Source: an uncultured Muribaculaceae bacterium (lineage in GTDB: Bacteria; Bacillota_I; Bacilli_A; RF39; UBA660). From it: a stretch of 36,930 nt of DNA. The stretch's first letter is position 1. The number at the start of each line of letters is the position of its first letter. This document shows positions 1 to 9,600 of this stretch, piece by piece. The stretch is taken from positions 15,130-52,059 of the forward strand of contig CAYJPP010000001.1 in the NCBI GenBank assembly GCA_964372175.1. The letters run 5' to 3'. The notes under the pieces were generated by a model, which worked only from the letters and a program-made list of their open reading frames with translations, searched no databases and had not been told where the DNA came from. The position numbers and the translations under genes were made by a program.

Positions 1-314
1 ATAATTTTTAACGATTTTAAAACTATAAATACTTTCTTGCTCACCAAAAACAGATTTAACTGTAATTACATCATTATGATCTAAATAAAAATCTTTTTCG
101 ATTGTAACTTCTGCTTCTTCATTAACTTTAACATAATTAATATCTACTGTATAAAAGTCAGGAGCAACTATTAACTCATAGTCTTTAATTTCTGGGTTAA
201 AATCAAAAGAAATACTAGTGTCGGATAAAATAATATCAGTTAAATCAGACTCAGCAGCATGAATAACTGAACCAATGCAAAAAAACAGAAGTATTAAAAA
301 AACAAATTTTTTCA
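1..314 (-). CDS. Secreted protein, 5' fragment only (the gene runs off the window start). It has a signal peptide and one cadherin-like beta-sandwich module.
   Basis: Absent from the ORF track because no stop falls in the window. My reverse-strand translation from ATG 314-312 reads MKKFVFLILLFFCIGSVIHAAESDLTDIILSDTSISFDFNPEIKDYELIVAPDFYTVDINYVKVNEEAEVTIEKDFYLDHNDVITVKSVFGEQESIYSFKIVKNY and stays open to nt 1. An SD-like AAAGGGGTG lies upstream. The module resembles the repeats of the 2,592-aa protein. Confidence 0.6.
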
Positions 315-340
315 TACTACACCCCTTTATTATTAATTTA

Positions 341-369
341 ATTATATCAAATCGAAACATTATTTACAA
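341..369 (-). promoter_or_regulatory. SigA-type promoter for the partial secreted-protein gene
   Basis: The minus strand reads TTGTAA, a 17-nt spacer, then TGaTATAAT (extended -10). It lies about 27 nt upstream of ATG 314. Confidence 0.4.
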
Positions 370-395
370 TGATAATTTAATAAATTGCCCCATAA

Positions 396-418
396 TAAAA
401 AGAGCAATTTTTTTGCTC
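396..418 (-). terminator. Weak rho-independent terminator after the 1,474-aa gene
   Basis: The minus strand reads GAGCA-aaaaaat-TGCTC followed by TTTTTATTAT, directly after the stop at 426. The stem is only 5 bp. Confidence 0.35.
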
Positions 419-425
419 CTAAATA

Positions 426-3400
426 TTACTTTCTTTTTTTACTATATACCACAATTATTAATCCAATCAATACTGTCGTCCCTATAAAAATCCATGCATA
501 ATTATTTTTTTCATCAATTGGCTCAGTAATCACTTCATCTTCTGCCACTTCTACAATTGTATAAGTTGAAAACTTATTTGTTTTAATGGTAATGGTATTG
601 TCATTATCATCTAAGTCGTCTAATACTGAAACCTCTCCATTGTGAACTCTTAATACAACAAATTTCTTCTCATCGCCTCTTAGTTCTTCTGGTATAGTTA
701 AAACTAATTCAATTTCTTCTGATAAATTATTAATATTTGTTACAACACCATCAACTACTTTTTCTAAAGTAATGTTAAGCATTTTTCCAATTATCATATT
801 TTTACCTTTAATAAAATTATTTATAAAATCTAATTCGTCTGTATTATAATTAAATTCGATTTTTAAATTTATTGTTAAATCATCAGATTTTAAATCTTCT
901 AAATCAAATAATTGTTTAAATGATTCTTCATTTACTACTACATCTAAATCAGAATCAAGATTAAAAGTAAAATCTTTTTGATCAGAATTATCAGAATTTT
1001 CTTCTTGACTAGAACTATTATTATCAGGCACTTGTTCTTGATCAGAATCATCAATCTCTTCATCAGTAGTATCTTCTACTACTTTATCTAATGAATTATT
1101 AAAATCAGTTATAGCATTATTTAATTCGATAACCATTGTATCTATATTTTCCTGTGTATAACTACTATTAAGTAGATTATTTGCGTCTTTGTATACACTT
1201 TTTAATAAATTATTAGCTTCTTCTGTTTTATTATTATTACTTAATAATTCGGTAACATTTGATATGACAGTTTCTAATTTACTTATATCCACAGTCGCAT
1301 CTTCATAAAAATTAGCTAAATTACCTGCTATTCCCCCACCATGAGATTCTGTAAATTCTATTTTAATAAATTTAATTTCTTCTATAACATCTATATTAAA
1401 TTCTTTTAATAAGTTATTATTTTCAATATTAGTAAATGTTTGTATTTCTTCATAATGAATTCCATCTAAACTTCCATATAAAGTTAATGCTTTAGGTCTC
1501 CCTGTATTAGTTGGATATGGTAAGAAATCAAATTTAGATAGCTTAATAATATTATTAAATTCATATATAATAAATTGCGGTAATGCATCAACACTGTAAT
1601 AATTATTGTTTATATTACCGTTAATTAAATTATTACCTGTTTTATCTGCATTATAAGGTTTCGAACTATCAACTAAGGTAATATTTTCAATATTAATATA
1701 TTGCTTAGTTACATCATCGCTATTTTTAGTAAAGGTATAAGTATTAGTTTCACTTGCTAAAACAGTTCCATAAGCTTTAGCTCTAACCTCTAAACTAATA
1801 TCTCCTCTAAATCTATTATCACCTATGCTAATCCATTTACTTGAATTAATATCATAGTATTCTAAAATTAATGAAGAGCCTATTAATCTATTTTCTAAAT
1901 CATTTAAATAAACAGAATTCATAACTCCATCGGTAATATCTATAACAAAAATATTTTCTTCTGCATAAGGTAACCCAACTATATGAATTTTAATATCATT
2001 TAAAGAGGTAATACTAGCTAGTTCCACATCACTTAATAAGATATTCATTTCTTCCACTTGTTTCCATGTTAATCCATCATCTAGTGAATAATCCCACACT
2101 ACTTTACTTCCACTAAATTTATCAGCAGATAATCTGATTTCATTAGCGAATTCCCCATCAAAAGAAAATGTAGCTAAATCAGTATCAACTATTCCAAGTA
2201 AATGTTCAGCTTGTTGACGGATCCCTAAGTGCTCTAAATTATCACTTACAGTAACATTTAAATCTCGGTTTAGATTACTGTCTAACATTTTATAATATAT
2301 AGAACTATAAGAAGGAAGGTTTTCTATTCTAGGTAACACTAATTCAAATAAGTGATACATTGGTAAAGGACTAAATTCCAAAGCAGAAGATACTTCTTCT
2401 AATAAAGAGATTAATTCATCATTAGTCTTATTACCATCATTTACATATAACTTAACAAGGTCTAACCAAGCACCATAATCTCTACTATTTATTTTAATTG
2501 TATTTCTTAATATTTCTTCTTGCTTTACTATGTCATCAATAAATGAATTAGTAACTAGTCTATTTAAATAACCTTCCTTATAAACATCGAAATTATTTAA
2601 ATTTTCCTGAGATAAAAATATATAACTAGCATTATATCCAGAAACAGAACTATCGTCTCCCCAAGTAAGAGGCATGCGCACATAAAACTTATCATACATC
2701 GCAGTTGGTCCACCAGAACCAGTTAACCCCCAATTAGAAGCACTATTATATACCCATCCCCAGTACATATTATCTGATACATCATCATAACTAGAATAAA
2801 CATAAGCTAAATGCCCTGGTTGACTAACCGCATTAGCCGGAACACCTGATACGTTCCATATATCTGCACCAGTTTTAGAAATCCCCCAACAAATTCCACC
2901 ACCTTCGAATACTGCCCATAGTTTAGGACTTTCAAAATAAAGAGTATCAATTCCAAATTGAGAAAATTTATATTTACTATCCCACTCACTGAATTTACTC
3001 ATATCAGAAAATTCAGCTTTATAATAACCAAATTTATCCGTATACACCATATAAGTATATGGACTTCTTCTACTATTATCATTATCATAATAACCCGGTT
3101 CATTTAATCCTGCTGCCTCATCTTCTGATTCTATATACCAGTTTAACCATTCAACAGTTTCATCATCTAAATGAGCATTTAATACATAACGCATTTCTTC
3201 AACTTCTAAATTTTCAAACATCAAATTACTAGTCACAAAAACACCAACTGCATTTTGATAACCTAATAAATTATTATTATATAATTTCTTAAATACTTTA
3301 TATCTATCAACAGGATGAGAAACACTCGGATGATCATATGAATCAAATGTCCCAACACTTACCCCATCATTATCAGTATCGTTTTGATGAGCTGTCCAGA

Positions 3401-4850
3401 ATCTTACTGTTATACTATACCCTTTACCAATTGAAAAAAACATTTTTTTATAAATATCACTATACAAATTACCATGAGTTGTCGTTACATTATTAGATAA
3501 ATCTGCTTTAATAACAGAGTCTTTGTATAGCATTAATAAAATATTTAATTCATCTATATACTCGCCATCAGGGCTCCCCCCTAAAGTATAGTAGCTTAAA
3601 TTTTCATAATCCGTCATTAACCAAGTTAAAAATTCATTATTAACTTCACTATAATGAACAAAATCAACTAAATAATTATATCCAATATTATTGACTAGAT
3701 TACGCTGCATTACAAGCATTTTATATTCTTGACTTAATATATTACTGTAACCAGTTTTAATTAACTCATCATACTCATTTATAGTTTTAAGATAAGCAGG
3801 AACTGCTGGAATTCTACTTATATATGAATCTATTATTGAAGCTGATTTTAAAACTGGCAAATTATCAAAACTAGTACTGCTTATATTCCATACTGTCTCA
3901 TCTAATAATAAAGTATTTTTAAAAAATCCATCATTAACATCATTACTAGAAATATCTCTTAACCAATTATAATTCTGTTTTTTAAAAGTATGAGCAGCCC
4001 AATCATATGAGTTTGTTCCTCCGCCATATCCATAACCAATTATTCTGTTAATTTCACTTACATCAACACCATCAGTAGCGTTTAAAACATTATTTAAATA
4101 AATATAATCGCCACTATCAGAGCTACCTAAAATCCCACCTCTTCTAGCAGTACCATTTACTGGTTTAAACAAAGTTTTTAATATGCTATTATTAATATTA
4201 ACAGTGCCTTCATTTTTACCTATAAATCCACCTACATGCCAACCTTTTCCGGTAGTTGTAGTTTCTATATAAACGTTATTAAAAGTAGTGACACCTTTAT
4301 TTAAAGCTATAACCCCACCAACATATTCTTTACCTTCAACATAAGTATTTGTTATAGAACTAGTATTAACTTCGACATTAGTTGTTTTAGCTACAAAACC
4401 ACTCACACCATTACCAGTATTAGATATAATTGAAGAATCGATAACATGCACATTAGTAAAAGTAGTATCAATCGCACTATTAGCTATAATTCCATATGAA
4501 CTATCATTAATAATATTAGCAGATGCTATAATCAAATCACTAATCACACTATTACTAAGTGAGTGAAATAAAGGTCTATTTAAATTTTTTATAGCATACC
4601 CATTACCTTTTATTTCCCCTGTAAAGTCATTCATGTAAGCTGCTTGATTAGTAAAATCATGCCCTAAAAAGTTCAAGTCACTTTGAACATTTATAACAGA
4701 TGCTGTTAAAAGAGCATTTAAAAATTCATCCGCGGTATTTACATCAACAGGCACACTAGAACTATATTCAGTATTACTCGCTTCTATATAATCTCCATTA
4801 ATTCCAAAGACCAAACTTAAAATCACAACAAAAATCGCACTTTTTTTCAT
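426..4850 (-). CDS. Large multidomain surface protein of 1,474 aa. It has a signal peptide, GLUG-type beta-helix repeats, a transglutaminase-like Cys/His core, F5/8 type C (discoidin) and FIVAR-like domains, an acidic linker and a C-terminal TM anchor.
   Basis: I place the start at ATG 4850 (MKKSAIFVVILSLVFG), with GGAGG 5 nt upstream; the track ORF extends a further 17 codons. Motifs seen: FTGEIKGNGYAIKNL, YVGGVIALNKG, HVGGFIGKNEG and RRGGILGSS (GLUG-like); GGGICWG...QPGHLAYVY (Cys/His core); ALPQFIIYEF...ALTLYGSLDGIHYEEI (discoidin-like). The tail ends WIFIGTTVLIGLIIVVYSKKRK. No LPXTG and no HExxH. Confidence 0.85.
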   Translation of the reverse strand: MKKSAIFVVILSLVFGINGDYIEASNTEYSSSVPVDVNTADEFLNALLTASVINVQSDLNFLGHDFTNQAAYMNDFTGEIKGNGYAIKNLNRPLFHSLSNSVISDLIIASANIINDSSYGIIANSAIDTTFTNVHVIDSSIISNTGNGVSGFVAKTTNVEVNTSSITNTYVEGKEYVGGVIALNKGVTTFNNVYIETTTTGKGWHVGGFIGKNEGTVNINNSILKTLFKPVNGTARRGGILGSSDSGDYIYLNNVLNATDGVDVSEINRIIGYGYGGGTNSYDWAAHTFKKQNYNWLRDISSNDVNDGFFKNTLLLDETVWNISSTSFDNLPVLKSASIIDSYISRIPAVPAYLKTINEYDELIKTGYSNILSQEYKMLVMQRNLVNNIGYNYLVDFVHYSEVNNEFLTWLMTDYENLSYYTLGGSPDGEYIDELNILLMLYKDSVIKADLSNNVTTTHGNLYSDIYKKMFFSIGKGYSITVRFWTAHQNDTDNDGVSVGTFDSYDHPSVSHPVDRYKVFKKLYNNNLLGYQNAVGVFVTSNLMFENLEVEEMRYVLNAHLDDETVEWLNWYIESEDEAAGLNEPGYYDNDNSRRSPYTYMVYTDKFGYYKAEFSDMSKFSEWDSKYKFSQFGIDTLYFESPKLWAVFEGGGICWGISKTGADIWNVSGVPANAVSQPGHLAYVYSSYDDVSDNMYWGWVYNSASNWGLTGSGGPTAMYDKFYVRMPLTWGDDSSVSGYNASYIFLSQENLNNFDVYKEGYLNRLVTNSFIDDIVKQEEILRNTIKINSRDYGAWLDLVKLYVNDGNKTNDELISLLEEVSSALEFSPLPMYHLFELVLPRIENLPSYSSIYYKMLDSNLNRDLNVTVSDNLEHLGIRQQAEHLLGIVDTDLATFSFDGEFANEIRLSADKFSGSKVVWDYSLDDGLTWKQVEEMNILLSDVELASITSLNDIKIHIVGLPYAEENIFVIDITDGVMNSVYLNDLENRLIGSSLILEYYDINSSKWISIGDNRFRGDISLEVRAKAYGTVLASETNTYTFTKNSDDVTKQYINIENITLVDSSKPYNADKTGNNLINGNINNNYYSVDALPQFIIYEFNNIIKLSKFDFLPYPTNTGRPKALTLYGSLDGIHYEEIQTFTNIENNNLLKEFNIDVIEEIKFIKIEFTESHGGGIAGNLANFYEDATVDISKLETVISNVTELLSNNNKTEEANNLLKSVYKDANNLLNSSYTQENIDTMVIELNNAITDFNNSLDKVVEDTTDEEIDDSDQEQVPDNNSSSQEENSDNSDQKDFTFNLDSDLDVVVNEESFKQLFDLEDLKSDDLTINLKIEFNYNTDELDFINNFIKGKNMIIGKMLNITLEKVVDGVVTNINNLSEEIELVLTIPEELRGDEKKFVVLRVHNGEVSVLDDLDDNDNTITIKTNKFSTYTIVEVAEDEVITEPIDEKNNYAWIFIGTTVLIGLIIVVYSKKRK

Positions 4851-4891
4851 AAAACCTCCACAGGTTTTCACCTGACATAATATTACTAGGT

Positions 4892-4920
4892 ATCTTATCA
4901 TCCTAAGAACTATAAGTCAA
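4892..4920 (-). promoter_or_regulatory. SigA-type promoter for the 1,474-aa gene
   Basis: The minus strand reads TTGACT, a 17-nt spacer, then TAAGAT, about 40 nt upstream of ATG 4850. Confidence 0.4.
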
Positions 4921-4983
4921 CTATTTCTTTCTCATTTAACTACATAAAAAATACTATTCATAGGACAAAAAAAGTTCATACCC

Positions 4984-6591
4984 TTATTGAATATAAACTT
5001 TTGCTATAGTTCTGTAATAAACTCTATAATTACCAAATGATTTTACCGAATAATCAAGCTGTTCTAATTCTTTTATTATAGCATTATCCCTGTGTATTAC
5101 ATAACCAGCTTCTAAATCAACCACATCAGTCTTATAAATATGTGTAGAAGTTTTTCCCTTTACTACCTCATTACTATAATCATAAGGAGATGTTTTAAGT
5201 AATAAATTAGAATATATAGGGCTTCCCTCAACATAAAATAAATCTTCATCTAACGTATTAGAAAATTCAAGAGCCTCATAAAAATCAGTATAAAATAAAT
5301 CATAATCATTTGCTCTTGTAGTATGGTGTTCAAAATAGAAAATGTTAAAACATACAAAATTAATCACGAATAAGCAGATGATTGGAACAATGATTTGAGA
5401 TTTCAATTTAAACATTTTATAAAGTCCAACAAAAACAAAATAAACAACAGGAAACATTATTGCATTTGCTTTGTTAATATTTGGTTGAACTATAAGTAAC
5501 TGACAAATCAAAACACTTAAAAACCAAATCATCATTAATACGTCTAAACTATATTCTCTTTTAACAATTTTCAATTTTATATTCTTACACACCTCATAAC
5601 AGCCAATTATAAAAAACGGAATAGCCATATAATAAATTGTCCCAAATTCATAAGACGAATTATAAGTAAGTAAATTTCCAAATACAAAACTATTATCAAA
5701 CGTCAATATTGATGGCAATATATATAAATTTAAAAATACATTATCAAATGAAATTTCACTACCTCTATACGAAGTCATCGCTGGTATGGTTATAAAAGAA
5801 TTAATTTCATTAATTATACCAGAATTTACTAGTATCATTAAAATTAATGGGATAGCAAATAAAAATACAGGTATTCCAAAACTTATTAATTTTTTTAAGT
5901 TTATTTTTTTTATATATAGCAAATAACCACATATCATTACTAAATATATAGGAATCACAATAAAAGATAATGCGTAAGTATAAAGCGTTAATCCAAAGAA
6001 AATCCCAGGTAAAATAAATGATTTATTTCCAGTAATACTATGATGTAGTAAAAAAGATGCAATCGTTAGAAATCCAACCATTAAATTACAATCTAATCCA
6101 AATCTTGATTGCATAATAAAATACGGATTAATAGCTAATAAAAATAAAAATAGCAGTGATTTCCGCTTATCTTTTATAAGAAAAAATCCTAGTGTTATTA
6201 AAACTATTTTAAAAATAACACCTGGTATTCTAATTATAAATAAGCTAAATTCAAAAATAGTTACCAATATTGAAACTAAATAACCCATCATAACACTTTG
6301 TCCACCGCCAAAATTTATGAAATAAATAGGATACTTATTTAAATATCTATCAACGCCATCTGTTGATAAGGCTAAGGCATCATAGGCCATACCAGCTTCA
6401 TCAATATGAATTGATGCTGGAACTTCATCCAGTTTGTAAAAAGAGGTAAATATAATTATACCAAATAACAAGCAAACAATAAGTTTATAGTTTTTCATAA
6501 CAAAATTATCGAATTTAAAATTAGATTTTTTAAACTTGAAAAATAATAACATCATAACAACTATAATAGATAAAATATTAAAATACACCAT
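4984..6591 (-). CDS. GT-C fold integral-membrane glycosyltransferase of the PMT_2 / ArnT-like family
   Basis: A polytopic protein of about 535 aa with 12 or more hydrophobic segments. The first loop reads SIHIDEAGMAYDALALS, the acidic DE-type motif typical of PMT/ArnT enzymes. The track start at 6600 is a GTG fused to GGAG. ATG 6591 sits 8 nt after GGAG and is more plausible. Confidence 0.7.
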   Translation of the reverse strand: MVYFNILSIIVVMMLLFFKFKKSNFKFDNFVMKNYKLIVCLLFGIIIFTSFYKLDEVPASIHIDEAGMAYDALALSTDGVDRYLNKYPIYFINFGGGQSVMMGYLVSILVTIFEFSLFIIRIPGVIFKIVLITLGFFLIKDKRKSLLFLFLLAINPYFIMQSRFGLDCNLMVGFLTIASFLLHHSITGNKSFILPGIFFGLTLYTYALSFIVIPIYLVMICGYLLYIKKINLKKLISFGIPVFLFAIPLILMILVNSGIINEINSFITIPAMTSYRGSEISFDNVFLNLYILPSILTFDNSFVFGNLLTYNSSYEFGTIYYMAIPFFIIGCYEVCKNIKLKIVKREYSLDVLMMIWFLSVLICQLLIVQPNINKANAIMFPVVYFVFVGLYKMFKLKSQIIVPIICLFVINFVCFNIFYFEHHTTRANDYDLFYTDFYEALEFSNTLDEDLFYVEGSPIYSNLLLKTSPYDYSNEVVKGKTSTHIYKTDVVDLEAGYVIHRDNAIIKELEQLDYSVKSFGNYRVYYRTIAKVYIQ

Positions 6592-6610
6592 ATACAGCAC
6601 TCCTATATTA

Positions 6611-6619
6611 ATTATATCA
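6611..6619 (-). promoter_or_regulatory. Extended -10 element upstream of the glycosyltransferase gene
   Basis: The minus strand reads TGaTATAAT, 7 nt before the GGAG SD. The -35 region is poor and overlaps the preceding terminator T-tract. Confidence 0.3.
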
Positions 6620-6637
6620 CATGTATTATTAAACCAA

Positions 6638-6660
6638 CAAAAAAGCGAATTTTATTCGCT
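6638..6660 (-). terminator. Rho-independent terminator of the giant gene
   Basis: The minus strand reads AGCGAAT-AAA-ATTCGCT followed by TTTTTTGTTGG. The 7-bp stem encloses the TAA stop at 6652-6654. Confidence 0.6.
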
Positions 6661-9600
6661 CTTAATTATAGTTTTGTCAATTAAATTTAGATCTTCACTA
6701 TTAGTGTAATTATCTTTATTTACATCACCAGCTAGTATGTATCCATCTATAAGTAGTTTAGTTTTGTTAATATGATTACTAAACTCTATTTTATCTAATA
6801 CATTAATTTTAGAATCGCCATTCAAGTCGCCTAATACAATTAGAGTGACTTCATCATAAATAATATCATCTACAACCAACTTAACTTTCATATTAGTACC
6901 TACTATACCAGTATATAAAGCATCATTCTTATATATTTTTATATGTTCACTATTATAAAAATTTTCTATGATTTCTGTGACTGGTATATTTTCTACAATC
7001 ACGTAATCATTATTAATTGTATAAATATCACTTTTTAAAGCTAATGCATCATTATCATTACTAATATTAATCTTATACTCTTGTACTGTATAATTATCAA
7101 CACCTATTACTTCAATTATATAACTATTAGGTAAATTAATATCACCCATTAAATTAACTGTTGCAGCTAAGTCATTAGCAATAGCTGTTATTTCACTTTC
7201 AAGCAACATATTTTTACTACTTGAAACAGCTAGATTATATTCAAACACAGTAGGTTCAAAGTCTATATTGTAGTTTTCTATTTTTAACTCTTTTAATAAT
7301 ACATCTGAAACTTCTTTTGATATATTAAATGTATACTCATTAACACTACCGTCTTCTGCTGTTATTGTAATTAATCTAGTACTTGTTCCATTAAGAATAC
7401 CTACTTGTTCGTGTCCTGTAACAACAGCACTGGTATCTTCAAGTATTACCTCAAATTCCAAAACACTAGCATCGTCTGGTAATATGAGTTCATAAGTTTT
7501 TGTTTCCGGTTCAAAGTTAATATTTCCAAATGAAGGTATAATATTAATAACATTATTATTAGTACTAGCTATTTTATCTACACCTAAATTATAAACATTA
7601 ACTAATCCACTTTCACTTGTTACAGCAACACTTAATTTATTGTTTCCAACTTCTAAATTATAAGATTCTAATCCAACAACAGTTGACTTAGGATCGTCAG
7701 CTACTCCAAATAAAATAACATCTGTAACATCAGGTTCAACTGTAATTTGATAGTCATTTTTATTTTTCACAAATTTAGGATTTAAATCAAATTGTTTATT
7801 TAAATCCCTTATTTGTAAAGAACTTAAATAATTATTATCAGAAATTATCTTATTAACATAAATAAAATATGATCTTTTAATTCCAATTGGCGAGGTAACA
7901 ATAACTTCAATTGTTTTTTCTTTTTCAAAGATTTCAACCGTTCCATCACCACTAACAGTAGCATTTGGATTCATTGTCTCTGTGATTATATCAACCATTG
8001 ATACTTCATTTTCTATATTGATTGTGTATTCTAAAATTTCTGGATTAAACATCGGTTCCATTAAGTGATTAGTAACTTCTAAATTATTCAATAAATTATC
8101 AGTATACATTTTTCTATACACAGTTATTGTATAAGTTTGTTCTGTAACGAAATCAGAAGCTAATACTTTTATTTCAACTGTATTCAATCCTTCTTTGAAT
8201 TCTTCATTACCTATAACTTGTACAAAGCCGTTAGGATCTTCTAACTCATACATCAGATCTAGTGAAGTTGTTTCATTATTAACTTCTATATTATAATCAA
8301 AGATGTTTTTATTGAAATCTGTATCAAAGGGATAATCTGCTGCTTTTAATTCAGTTAACAAAGCTGAATTAAGTTCGTTTCTAGTTATATTAACTTGATA
8401 TGTTTTAACATCACCATTTTCAGCAGTTACTACTACACTTATTTTGTTTTCACCAACAATTAAATCATATTCTCCTACACCTGATACTTTTGCATTACTA
8501 TCACTCGAACTGGCGTATACAAAGGTAGTATCAATCTCATAATCAACAATCAGTTCATAATTTAAAATATCTTTATCGAATACTGGCGTTAAAGGCCCAA
8601 TATCTGTATATAGTTTTTCTAAATCATTATTATTAGAACCTTCTTTTGTTACTATAATAACATATGATTTTGAATTTCCACTTTCACTGGTAACCAATAA
8701 TTGGATTATATTTCTTCCTACTTCCAGTTCGTGAATTCCATTCCCACTTACTACTGCACTTTGTTCTTCTGCAATACCTTCAACCGCAATACTATTAACA
8801 TCATTTAAAACATTCATTGTATAAAATGTTGTCGTTTTGTAAAATACTGGACTGTATTCATAATCCGTTATAATGTCACTTAAATTATTATTATCACTTG
8901 CTTCTTTGGTAACATTGATTTTATATGTTTTAGTTGTGACTAAATCAGGTGCGGTTACTGTAATTTCAATTAAGTTATCTCCTGTTGTTAATACTTCATT
9001 TCCAGTAACTTCATATGTTGACTTTTCTTCTGTCGGTTCAATAATAACAAAGTCTAAATCAGTTTCACTAGTTGTTAAATAGTAATCTGTAACATCTGTT
9101 CTAAAAGATGGATTTAAATTATGTGATTTTATAACAACTGATTTTAATGATGCATCACTACTCAATTTTCTAGTTACAACCACTTGATAATCTAACAAAT
9201 TATTATTTTCATCTAATGCGGTAACTACTAAAACATTTTTACCCTCTTTTAAACTATATGTCCCATTACCTATAATCCTCATACTCTCATCATTCAAAAT
9301 ACCTTCGATAGCTATTTCAGTTATCTCATTTTCAACTGTTACATAATAATCTCTTATTAAACTATCAAATTGTGGTTCTAGAACACCTTCTGATACTGAT
9401 AAATCGAATAAAGTTAAATCGGATAAATGTGGATTTTCTTTGTAAACATTTAAAGTATAGTCTTTTGTGTGAATTAAATCCTCAGCAGTCACTCTTATTA
9501 CAACTTCATTGTAACCTGTTACGAAATTACTGTTTCCAATTACTTCATAAGTAGCATTTTTATCCTCTGGTTCAATGGTAAGAGTTAGTGACTCAACACT

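Noticed and set aside
426-1000. The C-terminal beta-sandwich stalk of the 1,474-aa protein (aa ~1294-1433 by its own numbering), considered as the cohesin partner for the neighbouring dockerin
   Set aside because: The sequence (…LVLTIPEELRGDEKKFVVLRVHNGEVSVL…TNKFSTYTIVE) resembles a stalk/pre-anchor domain I recall seeing in other Firmicute surface proteins, not a cohesin. I have no positive evidence, so I leave it as something to test rather than a claim.
4841-4850. Poly-A tracts in the island genes, considered as slipped-strand phase-variation switches. They are A7 at the start of the 1,474-aa gene, A6 at the start of the giant gene, and A8/A7 inside the GT gene at ~5890-5911.
   Set aside because: They simply encode Lys-Lys (MKK..., IKKI) in a very AT-rich genome, where such runs are common. 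A single sequence gives no evidence of length heterogeneity. This is worth revisiting only with population read data.
426-4850. A zinc metalloprotease (M26/IgA1-protease-like) assignment for the 1,474-aa protein, suggested by its GLUG-type N-terminal repeats
   Set aside because: I found no HExxH or related zinc-binding motif anywhere in the translation. The only candidate catalytic residues form a Cys/His pair.
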